A stretch of 62,926 nt of DNA, filler included, from Lenisia limosa (lineage: Eukaryota > Protista > Breviatea), in NCBI GenBank assembly GCA_001655205.1. It is 10 parts of 10 records of this genome, joined end to end, with 100 filler letters (N's around TTAATTAATTAA, not from the genome) between each part and the next. Parts side by side here need not be neighbours in the genome. Positions count along the whole stretch, not along the records: positions 20,211 to 38,548 come from LPNZ01009372.1; positions 38,649 to 43,212 come from LPNZ01011382.1; positions 43,313 to 53,947 come from LPNZ01008924.1; 7 more parts are not named here. One strand, written 5' to 3'. The notes under the pieces are model-generated. The model made no database searches. It was not told where the DNA came from and saw only the letters and a program-made list of their open reading frames with translations. A program made the position numbers and the translations under genes. Shown here in pieces: positions 36,400 to 48,339 of the stretch. Numbering within the stretch: the stretch's first letter is position 1; the number at the start of each line of letters is the position of its first letter.

Positions 36400-36940
36400 C
36401 CTGACTCGGTCAACAATCTTATATCTCGAGCATATGAAGGCTCTAAACACGGCTTCGTAGCCTGTTGAAGCAACTTCCTCTTGTTTCTCGAAGCTCTTAA
36501 CTTTCTGGTATATCTCGAAAGCTAAGCCAACCTACATTACAGGGTCATTTGGATAAAACTCATGAACTCAAAACGCTACCCAATAGAACAAGATAGACAG
36601 CGAATCAAAACAAGGGAACATAGAAACACATAGCCTTTGTCATAGTGGACCGCACTTCTTTCATTAAACCCCCACCCCCCATTCTACTGCCTATTGTCAC
36701 TCCTGGCTTCACTTCAGTTCGAAAAGACTGAATTTCGATATATCCTCGAAAAACTATCGATATTTTACCAGGATTCCGATCCAAAGTGAAGCTCTCGTCA
36801 CTCCCCTCCCCATTGCTCATTTACCTCCACCACCCCACAGTCATAGGCTTGGCATTTGGTGGAGGGAGGGTGTAGGTGTTGTCCGACGGGGTCTGGAGCG
36901 CCCGAAGAATGTCGACATCCCTGATGCCTGCTTCCTGGAA
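36400..36940 (-). CDS. Two exons of an unidentified (possibly helical-repeat) protein
   Basis: ...KCQAYDCGVVE|VGLAFEIYQKVKSFEKQEEVASTGYEAVFRAFICSRYKIVDRVR with GTAAAT and GTTGGT donors. Confidence 0.4.
36704..36796. mobile_element. MITE family A
   Basis: Perfect TSD GTCACTCC. Confidence 0.88.
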
Positions 36941-37552
36941 GGATTGGAACAAGCAATTTTCCAAGGGATTGAAAAAATATCACTTGAAAGATTGGAACAA
37001 GCTCTTTGTGAAGGAGTTGGGATTAGTCATTTGCGAAAGTATAAACAGTCCAAAGAAAAGGAACATACATCTTCGGTAAAGCTATTCGTGAAGGAATGAA
37101 TTGGATAGAAGATAACAGGAGAAAGGGAAAAAAAAAACAAAGATGTGGAGAAAAAGAGGGAAAACGTTTGAGAAGAAAGAGTAACTGTCAGAAAAACAAA
37201 ATAAATAAAAAAAAAATAACGAAGAAATGTGGTGTGAAGGAAAGGCATAATAACAAGATGAGGCAAACCTTCAAGTAGGGGAACTTCATACCCTCCTTTT
37301 GTCACAGAAGAGGAAGCAACAGCGAGGAGGAGGTAGTGTTAAAAGAGGATCATCCTTAATCAAAGAGTGGATCTGACTAGGGCAGCATAATGCAAAAAAG
37401 AATAGATTAAGATATACCTAATACACTTATCATATCCCCAAAAGAGCGAGGTAAGACAAAATTGTTTTACAAATGATGTACCAGTGTTTATGTGAATATA
37501 TGTTTGAAATTGTGAAATTTCGGCGTTATTTTCTTGGCTAAAGTAGATAACA

Positions 37553-38511
37553 ATGACAGCATTAAGAGAATCAATGCCAAAATGCCCGGAGGAGCCATAC
37601 GTGTGGGAAACTCCAACTTTGTAGGTTCCTGAGTGCCCTTCCAGGCTTCTTTTTATTATAAATTGTTTTTTTACAATATCGGGTTGATTTTATCGATACT
37701 TTTGACATTTCCCTTTGATCATAATACTAGCCCGTCTAAACCTAGGAGTATATTTAGGATTTCCCCAGAATCATTAACATCGTATCTCACAGGCGTGTAG
37801 TGGCAAGAGAGAAGATAACTATGCGTGGGTTCGAGTGGACAAACCACATAAGCACGAGAAGTTAATGGGACATGTCAAGGTGGGGGAGTAAAATTGGAAA
37901 ATTTATGAAACAAAAAAAAGCCCAAAATCAACTCTGTTGTTGATAGGGTTTCACTTCGGTTCAAAAAAGTCTGGTAAAATATCGATAGTTTTCGAGGATT
38001 TATCGAGAAATTCAGTCTTATTTCGAACCCAAGTGAAGCTCTAGGTGTTGACTTTTTTTTTTTTTGACTTTTTGATGAAGTAAAGACACTGTACTTTTCA
38101 TGTATTCTATTATAATCCAATATCTATTAGAAGCATGATGGTGAAGACGTTGTAATTGTCTAGAAAGAACAAGCCTACACAACTCAAGTTGTTGAAGAGA
38201 TGGGCAGCATTGTGGACGAAGTATTTGAGGAGCTCAAGTCATATATCAAGGAGGATTCAATTTCGCCAGGATACAGGGTTTGGGGGCGGGTGCATGATAG
38301 AGTGTAGACTATTGTTCCTTGTTTTGTACTGCTGATTACTACCTTTCAGACACTCAAAGAATTTTTGAGTCCATTGATTCCTTAATTTTCATTACGCTTC
38401 ATCTGAGTGTTTATATGTGTCACTTCCCAGAATGGTGACTATCTGTACTACTCCGAGCAGCGTGCAGGACTGGAGTACGCTATTATTTCGAGGATCAAGT
38501 CACAGAAGTGG
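37553..38511 (+). CDS. Oligopeptidase B / protease II (prolyl oligopeptidase family S9A), N-terminal exons; truncated by scaffold end
   Basis: MTALRESMPKCPEEPY|...KREDNYAWVRVDKPHKHEKLMGHVK|KEQAYTTQVVEEMGSIVDEVFEELKSYIKEDSISPGYR|NGDYLYYSEQRAGLEYAIISR. This follows the OpdB N-terminal pattern R-x-DNY-x-W ... E..AY ... F.E....IKED.S...R.GDY.YY. Confidence 0.8.
37944..38043. mobile_element. MITE family A inserted into a family B copy
   Basis: TSD GTTGTTGA / GGTGTTGA; interrupts B at CAACTCTGTTG. Confidence 0.9.
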
Positions 38512-38869
38512 GTGGGATGTGTGTTGTAGAACTGATTGGTGTTTTTTTNNNNNNNNNNNNNNNNNNNNNNNNNNNNNNNNNNNNNNNNNNNNTTAATTAA
38601 TTAANNNNNNNNNNNNNNNNNNNNNNNNNNNNNNNNNNNNNNNNNNNNTACCATGTGTTGAATATCCTTGATGGTTTTAAATTAATTATTGGTAGGTAGG
38701 TATGTCTAGAGGAAAGGCCAACAAGAAGGGAGGGGGAGGAAAAATGGGGAGGTGGGGTAGTAGATCATAGATCTCTAGTAGCGGAGGTAAGATCAACTCC
38801 TAATTTTACTTGAAGAAACTCTACTTTGTAAGGGGCTTCGTTTCTGAATTTTCTATGGAGCATTTTTTA

Positions 38870-41800
38870 GGTTAAAGGTCTCCGGAAAGCCTTGATAGGT
38901 TGAGTTCCCCAGATATTAACTACTCTACTACTACCTTGGAGGTTCAAATGTTGGGTATCTGATATTCCCTTTAGCTCATAAATCTGCCACAGTGACCAAA
39001 TCGGACCTCAAATTTTTCCGAGATGCGTTTGCTGAGCCCTTCCCTGTAGTTTACAGATCGGTGTCAACCCACACATGAACTTGCGGATGCTATACCACTT
39101 GGAGGATGACGAGCGGACATACCTCAAGGACACAGAGGCCGTTTGTTGTGGCAGTCCTATTATCATCATGTGTTCTTTTGTTTTTGTTATCATTGGACTA
39201 TAGTTTCAGGCTTAGCTTAAAGTTGCGGAAAATCATGGTTAATTTGGATAAATTTGAAGTTTATTTGGGATTGAAAGTATTAGTATTAGGACATGTTACC
39301 AAATTTTGTGATTCATTACTTGTTTAAAATGCTAATTGGTAATATTATCAAGAAGTGTTTTCAAATGGAGTGGCAACGAGTTTGAGGCCTGTGGTGTGAT
39401 GGTTTGAGGCAAACCTGATATGAAGTTTATTAACATTGGCGGCGCCAGCAACACCATCGGGGCGGCATTTGCCAAGAAAGTGAGATCAAAATTGAATAAA
39501 ACTCTCACAGTACCAGGATTGCATTGTGGCGGCACTTAACACGCCTCTACACAATGGCCCATCCCTCCATGTGAGAATTGTTCGGAGTGCCTTGGTGTAA
39601 CTACTGAGGTCAAAAAACACCCAGGCAGGTCGATCTCGATGGCTGCAGGGACCCTCTCCACTTTCCGTCCTCCTGGTATGTATCTATTCCAGATAGTGAC
39701 TCCCGTTCAATCATATATTGTAGCATATAGTAGGTATCTTATTTGTATTGTTGTTTTTTAGACAGAGTCGGACGCTTTACCCCGAATTAACAATATTTTA
39801 AAACTCAAAAACTTACTTTCTCTAGTAATAATTTAAGGTGTGTCTCCGAAGTTCAGCCTCCCGAGAAGAATCCAGTCTCACGTTAAAAGCGCATTGTTTG
39901 CCTTGCGTAACCACGTAATGAAGATCAATTTCAGCAGTTTCTGTGGTAAGCCTTTGCCTTTGTCTTTTTTTCATATCTTTGATTATTTAAAAGTAAAACT
40001 GGCTGTTGCTGATTTAAAAGTAAAAACAATGTGTCTGTCGTTTCATAAATCAGGCCCAACAGATCCCCAACTTGTCCTTTGTGACGAAGCGATTCTTGCA
40101 ATATCATGTTTTGGTTTACTCTCTGAGTTTCAAGTATGTCATGGTTTTTATTTGTGGACTTGTTTTGAAGCACAACTTGCTGCAAAGAATATAATAGTGG
40201 GGGGAGGTGGGTCAGATCTCACTGAACAGGTCAAGCAAATCGGATGTATTAGGCAAAGTCTCACTGCCGCTGTGACATACATCACGAGGAAATGCTATGT
40301 CCCGACCACTGCCCAGTTCAGCCACTCTGAGGAGCTTACTGACTCAGAGATTGAGTTGTGTGTATCTCGTTTACCCGGCCCGATGCCTCCACTCTTCTCC
40401 ACCCTTTCTGCTCCAACTCCAAAAGTTCCTCCAGTAAAGGTTGACTGGGTAAAATNNNNNNNNNNCGAATTCTTATTATCTTTTCAATAACTGTAATATT
40501 CTTAGCACCGCAGAAAGCGTGCCCCCCCCCCACCTTCTCCTCTGAGAACCCTCCTGTAAGTGTCAAAAAGGAATGGCATAGTTACTCTATTTTGGTTACA
40601 AGAGTTATTGGATCATAGAGAGTATACGAAATCAAGTATGAATAATGTTTTATCAAAGATCCATTGATGTTGAAAAACAATATTATGAGTGACTATGTAC
40701 AATATCACCCACATAAACTTAAGATATTATATCATACTATATCATATAGTATATTGTATATTATAATACTATTATTGATATTGCACATAATACATATGAT
40801 ATGATATTACATATCGTTTCACATCCCACCCTTGTCAAAGACTGACATCATCTTTGAGACACAATTCCTATATCGATGTATCAAATTATGGACTATCATG
40901 AAACATTGCCAAAACCATATTTTACCTAAACTATTGGCATAATTGTGTATTCACATTCACTGTGACCTTTCTAGCATTGTGACACTCCCTCTTATCCTCT
41001 GGCAAACGCCACAGACGATCTCCCACCAGTAAGGGGTACGAAAATTGAGATCAAATGCTTGAGATGGAAACACTCTATGATAGAATACTGCATAGTTTAT
41101 GCTATGTCCTCTCATAGGAATGTGTTATGAATATGTTCATGTATGTACATAATAACAAAAAGAAGATATACTATACAGTATATTCTATTATGGATAGATA
41201 TCATAATGTATAATAATGTATGATTAATATATCATCATATTACTTCATGTAAATATGGAGTCTTTTTTGTATTCCGTGATAAGTACATTCCATTCACTGT
41301 TACCTTCCAAGCAGTGTGACACTCCCTCTTCTCCTACGAGCACCACAGACGATCCCCCACCGGTAAGGGAGTCCTTTTCAAGGATAGCAACAAGTTAAGA
41401 TAAACACTATTTGTAGTGTATATTGATGGTTAATTGTTAACATTTCAGCGGAAGCCATCACTCCGACAAGCCCCGAATGCCCCCAGTGTAGACTATACAC
41501 TAACACCAACCAAGCCCAACGGAAATCACCGACAAGTGATCAATGAGTCTGGTGAAAAGGAGTGGAAGGGTGTTACGCCACGCAATTCCTCGGAACGCTC
41601 ACTAATCAGGAAGCGAATTCCAATTTTTGAGGGAAAGCGGTTGTTTCCAAAAACCAAGGAATAATTGTATTTTAGTTATGTATCTCCTAATGACTTCTTG
41701 CAACGGATCCCAAAGCAGCATATTGGGGGTGATATTCATAACAAAAAGACAAAAAATGATAAAAAAAGAACCTGAAGTGTCTGAATCCGCTATTCACCCT

Positions 41801-42360
41801 CTTCCCCATCGACTCAAATGTTATTCTTTCGTTTCTTCAAAAGTTACTCCACCCCCGCCAGACCTTTTGTGGCATTAAACATGGAATTGAACTCTACACA
41901 ATGCTTCTTGAAATGGAAGAATACAAACATTAACATTACTACTGGTACAGAAAAACATAAAACACAAAACGATGGCACATCTCCATCATTCACACAGGTA
42001 ATACAAACCAGACAATTGCAGCTCTAGCTGATTAAGTTTTTTAAAAAAGGAATCACGGAAGAATGGCTGATACCTACCTAAACAATATTGTCTTCATCAG
42101 AAGAAGTCTGAAGCGTAAGCAGAGGTATCATTTGCCACAGCAAAAGCAAAAGAGAAGATTATTTCCATGCAAACTCCATCCGCGTCAGCATCGAAGCTCT
42201 GATAGCCAAGAGGGAACGGATGTACCCGACAGCATACGTCACTGCATGTTGGCATTGGCTGTAGACGCTGAGATTGTGCCTTCTGCGGCAGGAACCTTGA
42301 ACTGCACAAGCTTGCCCATCCGGTTTCTGTTGCCTTCAGATTCTTCTAAAATTATAAGTG
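38870..42360 (+). CDS. Unidentified multi-exon gene with Pro-rich small repeated exons
   Basis: Splice-bounded exons, e.g. IGVNPHMNLRMLYHLEDDERTYLKDTEA, KPDMKFINIGGASNTIGAAFAKK, GVSPKFSLPRRIQSHVKSALFALRNH and DLTEQVKQIGCIRQSL...PKVPP. No family recognised. Confidence 0.45.
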
Positions 42361-43648
42361 TTCATTTAAGCGGGGTTAAGTTAAATGGCCTATTTGGGAA
42401 TTTTCTCGATACTTGCATTTATATTTAGTATTCTTTATTCATTTTTTTAGCTCCGAAGATAGCAACTGACCGTCAAATTGAATTTTAAAATGATCTCCTC
42501 AAGAAGCTCGCTGAAACGTCGCTAAAAGTTAGTTTTGGCTGATTTACATGAGTATACTGATCTACTGACAGATGTTTGGGGTGGCTCTTTTTTGTGTGTT
42601 TATATGAATGGAGTGGAGCTTTTGTTGATAATCCGGTAGGCACATCGTAGATCGAAAGAGCCGTTCGCTTCTAAGCTGCCAATGCTCATTGACGTCTTGG
42701 ATGCAGCACGGGCTCCGCAGCACGGGCTCTGATGAGGCAGTTTGGTATCAAAGGTTAGCCATATTAAAGTGGGGTTAAAGCGCCTTTTTTAGTGGCCAAA
42801 TAGGATAAAGATCAGTTTAAGTCGGTTTTTGGGAATGGTCAACTACTTTTTTAAAAAAGGAATTCTCTTTTTTCTTAGTAATCACCCTTCATTTTCTTTT
42901 CTCTTCTCTCTATACTCTTCATTTAAGAGCTATCAGTTGCCTAACCCATATCCAAACAACAATACTTACAACTTGTATATGATATAGAAAAATAGTTTTA
43001 CATGGCAATGGGGAATCCGGCAAAGGAGCGGACGTCATCATTGGAGTTTTAAAAGTCTTGAATTAGAATAATACACATTCAGAACATTGTTAGTGACACA
43101 CTAGCAGTATTAAGGATCATCACCATCCTGTCATATTTTGGCATTTTTATTTCCGTCGAACTCCATAGGCCCCCCATTGGCGGAGCAGACATTGAAGAGC
43201 AAATCTGGTTACNNNNNNNNNNNNNNNNNNNNNNNNNNNNNNNNNNNNNNNNNNNNTTAATTAATTAANNNNNNNNNNNNNNNNNNNNNNNNNNNNNNNN
43301 NNNNNNNNNNNNGGGGGGGGGGGGATAAATTAGGCATAACGTATAGCCCTGTACCTAATAGCTTGGAGGAGGTAAAAGGCGTTCTCCTCGCCCTTGTTGG
43401 CACCCTCATTCGGCAGTTTCAGGGACACATGAGGCACCAATGGGAATGTGGCCAAAACCTGGGGGGTGAAACGGCGAAATTGTAGCGTTAAGACAAAAAG
43501 TGGAATCAAAATCAAAATGTATAGCCCNNNNNNNNNNNNNNNNNNNNNNNNNNNNNNNNNNNNNNNNNNNNNNNNNNNNNNNNNNNNNNNNNNNNNNNNN
43601 NNNNNNNNNNNNNNNNNNNNNNNNNNNNNNNNNNNNNNNNNNNNNNNA

Positions 43649-46600
43649 AGACAAGCCTCATCCAAGACGGCCCATCGTTCCTTGAAGGCTCCGCGCGGGT
43701 TGTCTCGGAAGAACAGCGCTCCCTAAACTGTCAGCTCCTGTCGGCAATATATAAGGCCAGTTCAGTTCAGTTCAATTCAGTTCACCTTGAGAGGCTTCAT
43801 GCACTCGGCCATGTGTTTCTCCAGCATCTCCATCATGCCAACTGAGCAGAATGTGCCGCACGTGGACCCGTCTTGGGCCTCAGCGTTCAGGCCTGTTCGT
43901 CAGAAACCAATGTCCTTTAGATTGAACAATAAAGACACACTATGCCTGAAAGTACAAAAGAACTTACTATGTGCATAGAGTAGATGGTATGATATGATAT
44001 TATGTATTAAATGACACTATCCCCCCCACGAGCTCCCATGTTGATGAGGTAGACAGCCGGCGGCTGCAGAAGAACGTCAAGAGCTTTCTCAGCCTCAGAC
44101 TCGGCCTCGGTCTGCCGCTTCTTAGGATTGCGTAAGGCTGGGTCGCCACGCGCAAAGAGATAGTGAAGTGGCGTGTAGCCCTTGCGCGTGAGCGCCGATA
44201 CAGCAGCGCCACGTTCCAGCAGCTATGTAGTGAGAATGGTAAGGTGATAAATGAGTTAATCACACAGATTTGGCATGGATTTGACATATAGCCCCCCCCC
44301 CCCACCACTCGCAGGGTCTCACAATGGATGTAGGCCAGACCGGGTCGGTTAGTTTCGGCAAGCTCAGCACTGGATGAGGGTGACGGTACGCACTGGGGGG
44401 AGAGTCAATTGGCTTGGTGATCCCTTTATCAACAAGTGGTCCGCAACAATGTTGGACAACAGTCAGACTCTAAACCGCACCTGTCCGCCGGCCGCGAAGT
44501 GGAGGGGAGTCTCGTCTCTGTCGGTGACAGCGGAGGTCACAGCGCCGGCTCGGAGCAGAAGGACACACACCATCGGGTTGCAGGNNNNNNNNNNNNNNNN
44601 NNNNNNNNNNNNNNNNNNNNNNNNNNNNNNNNNNNNNNNNNNNNNNNNNNNNNNNNNNNNNNNNNNNNNNNNNNNNNNNNNNNNNNNNNNNNNNNNNNNN
44701 NNNNNNNNNNNNNNNNNNNNNNNNNNNNNNNNNNNNNNNNNNNNNNNNNNNNNNNNNNNGGCCGGCCAACCGTTCTTGTTGCTTTGATTGATGTCGATGG
44801 CCTTGATGTGGTTGGAGAGCAGGAACTTTAGGGCTCGGATGGCCTGGGTTTGGTGCATCTTAGGGGTAAGGCACTGAAGAAGCACAGTTGGGGTAAGACA
44901 GAAGCACAGATGGGGTGAGGACAGAAAACCCCTTAACTGACCTCAGTTGCTTTACTCATTGCCACACAATGGAACAGGGTGTTGCCTTGGGCGTCCACCT
45001 ATAACAATGACGGCTGCATACCAAGCTGAGCTGTTTCGTTGATGATGGTGAAAAGCACTTTATCCTGTCGAAACCGTCCACACACAGGTTTAAGCAAAAA
45101 CAAGGTCCCATAGCATCCCCACCAACCTCAGTTGCCGACCCTCCGTTGTCGAGAAGAGCCTTGATTGTCGGCACTATGTTTATGAGTTCAAAATTAGCAT
45201 AGTCGATGCCTAATGTACTGGGTAATCCCCCCCACAATGAGCTGCCTTAGCCGCGAGGATGATGGGCTGCTCAGTGCCACGAGCCGCCAGATTGAGGTCG
45301 GCTCCGTACTCGCTCAGATGCTCAATCGCCCCGTTGGCTGAAGAATTAGCGAATGTCGTGTGCTGACGGTCATGTTGATATGGATGCCCCCCTACATCCG
45401 GCACTTGCTGCGAGCTGCACAGGGTTGAGCTGTGAGATTCGGTCGTACTTGTTGACGTAATCCAATTTGACGTCATCCAGAAGGTTCAACTGGACATGAT
45501 GAGAGAGGGTCAGGTCATGGGTTCAACTGGACATGTCAGGTTATGTAGATAAATGAATATCCCTTTGCGTACCTGTTTCGCGCGCATGAGAATCATTCGT
45601 ACAATGTCCTCCTAAATTATATTAAACAAGGAATAGAAAGGGGTCTTTGTACATCTGGAAACAATCTGCATCCAATATTCTCCATATCCCGGGTACCAAG
45701 TCAGCGTGGGTACATGCAAGTTGGAGTGCAGTGTAGCCCTTACTGTCAGGGGCTCTGATATTGGCGCCTTTTTGGATCATCATCCTGGATGGTCATAACA
45801 GTATCAAGTTCATACACGTTCAACGTCAGCAAATGTCAATGAATTACTCTGCATTCTTTCAATTTGTTCAACTTGCCCTCACAGGGGGTTTCAAGACCAT
45901 TGCGGATAAAACATAAATCACAGCCCAAGCTGATTCAATGCAGACAGCCACAGCCCACGCCGATCCTATGCAATGCAAAGTCATAGCCCAAGCTGATTCA
46001 ATGCAGACAGCAGCACCACATACTTTGCCATTCTCCTATCGCCAAGAAGAAGCGCTTGCTGGAAGCACGTAACCTTACGCCCACCAATATCTGTTACTTG
46101 GTCCATGCTAGCTTCTATGGGGGGGGGGATGAAAAAAAAAAACAATGTATGTATATGCTGCTAAACATTTGAAAACACACGAAAGCAACAAAACATAGCA
46201 CAAGAGACAAAAAACATGGGGGCCCACTGTTGTTGACGAGGGCCTCTGCGACCTTGACCTTGGCGTTTGCAACAGCAAGGTTGAGGCAGCTCACGGCGGC
46301 GGGCTTGGACGTGTCTGTCGCCTTGAAGTCCACCTTGTTGGCCGACATGGGGTATCCTGGGGGGTCACTATATGACCCACTTCATAAGAAAGAAGAACAA
46401 AGCACTACACACCCCTCCCCGCACCGGAAGAGGCGGGCCGGGCTCCAAACGAGATCAAAAGATCAACCATAGCCGCCTGGCGNNNNNNNNNNNNNNNNNN
46501 NNNNNNNNNNNNNNNNNNNNNNNNNNNNNNNNNNNNNNNNNNNNNNNNNNNNNNNNNNNNNNNNNNNNNNNNNNNNNNNNNNNNNNNNCAACAAAAATCG

Positions 46601-47630
46601 GAACATGTCCAACCTAAAGATTGACTAGGAACCAAATAATACAATAGAGTGTGTGATATTGTCTTTTCATGTAGCCTTGAAACCAAAAAATTGTCCTTCA
46701 TCCTTTAAGTTACCTTGAGTTGCCCCTCTACCTTGTTCTTAGCCTCAACCTTTGCACGACGTTCGAGTAAGAGCCGAGCCGCCTCAACCTCACCAATCTG
46801 GATTGTCAACACAAAGTTGGTACGCGGCCATCTATGAAAACCTTCGCATTAGAATTTACGGTGTCTACATAAAGAAACTATAAAACCACAAACATAATCC
46901 CATTAACACAATAACCCTCTCCCCGTTTAAAGTAATTAACTGCCAAGATATCAAATTGATGGAAATAGAAGAGAACGGAAATCGGGCGGAAACAAATGGG
47001 AGGAAGAAAGAAAAAAAATGCCACTAGAAGAAAATGTTATTTGTGAAAAAAAAAAAAAGCTGAGCTAACAAAAAATCCTATTTTGCAGGCAATTATTGCA
47101 AATTTTAAAGAAGAACCAGCGTATACGCCCATGTAATTCAAATGAGGAAGAAACAACGAAAATTCAGGCATCATCCCGCTCCAGTTCTCATTGTGTATAT
47201 GTAAGACTGGAAGCACAGCTCAAAATCAGAAAATGGCATTTATTGCTCAATAGTTCAAAGGGGGGATGGAAGCTAAATGGCAGCAAAAGAAGATCACAAA
47301 AATGGTTTCCGAAGGGGCGAGAAAGCCAACCTCAGCAGCACAATGCAGTGGCGAGTCCCCTGTGTTTGATGGAAGATTTGGATCAATTGAAGAGATACTG
47401 AGAAGACTTTTCAAGACATCAAGATTTCTGCTGACAACCGCAAGGTGGAGACAGCCTCTTCCCCACTCTGGATGAATTCTAGAATGTTAGTTTTTTATTT
47501 AGGGCTTTCACAGAGCTTACTTATTGATTCTGGCTTTTCCAGGCTTTGTTTTGAGAAGTTGGGTAATGGTATGAATATCTCTGCGCTCAATCGCGTGATG
47601 CAATTCGTACCCCTTCTTTACAGTTGCCAT
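43649..47630 (-). CDS. Multi-ankyrin-repeat protein followed by a PH domain (architecture reminiscent of ORP1/Osh1-type proteins); 3' end missing
   Basis: MATVKKGYELHHAIERRD...|WGRGCLHLAVVSRNLDVLKSLL...NTGDSPLHCAAE, EYGADLNLAARGTEQPIILAAK, VDAQGNTLFHCVA and RAGAVTSAVTDRDETPLHFAA are ankyrin repeats. KPLK|GALFFRDNPRGAFKERWAVLDEACL resembles a PH beta1-beta2 start. Confidence 0.8.
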
Positions 47631-48339
47631 AACTGCTAAGAAGCTAAATAAACGACTGGAAGGAGGCCGTTATTCCCCGTAGAGGTTATTTCGTGGATTT
47701 CCAAACACAGTAAGTTGACTTTTGCAATTTATCAATTTAATCTGTAAAATTTAATAATAACCTATGCCTCAATTGAGACTTTTTGAGCTTTGAAAGCTTT
47801 GGGAATTTTTTTCTTTTTCTCAAACTTGACATGGGGGTGAGATAGACCTAGTGCTCACTCCAAATTCAACCTCGCTTGCTTGCAATCAGACGCCAGCCAA
47901 AAAGTGTAACAGGAGTATAAGGTTATAAATTGTTGTTAAGTTAAATCAACTTTTGCTCCTTCCCCCCTATCCATTTTGGACTTGTGCTTCTCACAACCAT
48001 CCAAGTGCTGCACACAACACAGCTACTCAACTACCATGTAGGAGTGGAAACATACAATCTTTGATATGCACAACGCATGGACATGGGAACCTCAAGCGGG
48101 TGATTGTGTCGAATGATTCGAATTCTCGGGAATGCGGTTCTAAGGAGCAACACCCTTATGATTTGAGAAGCGCAATGCTGATACTGGTGGTTTTTTTGTG
48201 TTCACAAATGCCTATTTCATTTCCCTATATTTGTCCTTGGTGTTGTCTGATAGATTGGGATAAGTTTGTTACGTAAAAAGGTATTTTGTATGCCTCTGAT
48301 AAATGAGATATGATATGCCGATTTTACTCAGCCAACAGA

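Noticed and set aside
39332-39535. Minus-strand ORF MPPQCNPG... as a gene
   Set aside because: It is the antisense shadow of + strand exons whose splice sites chain with neighbouring + exons.
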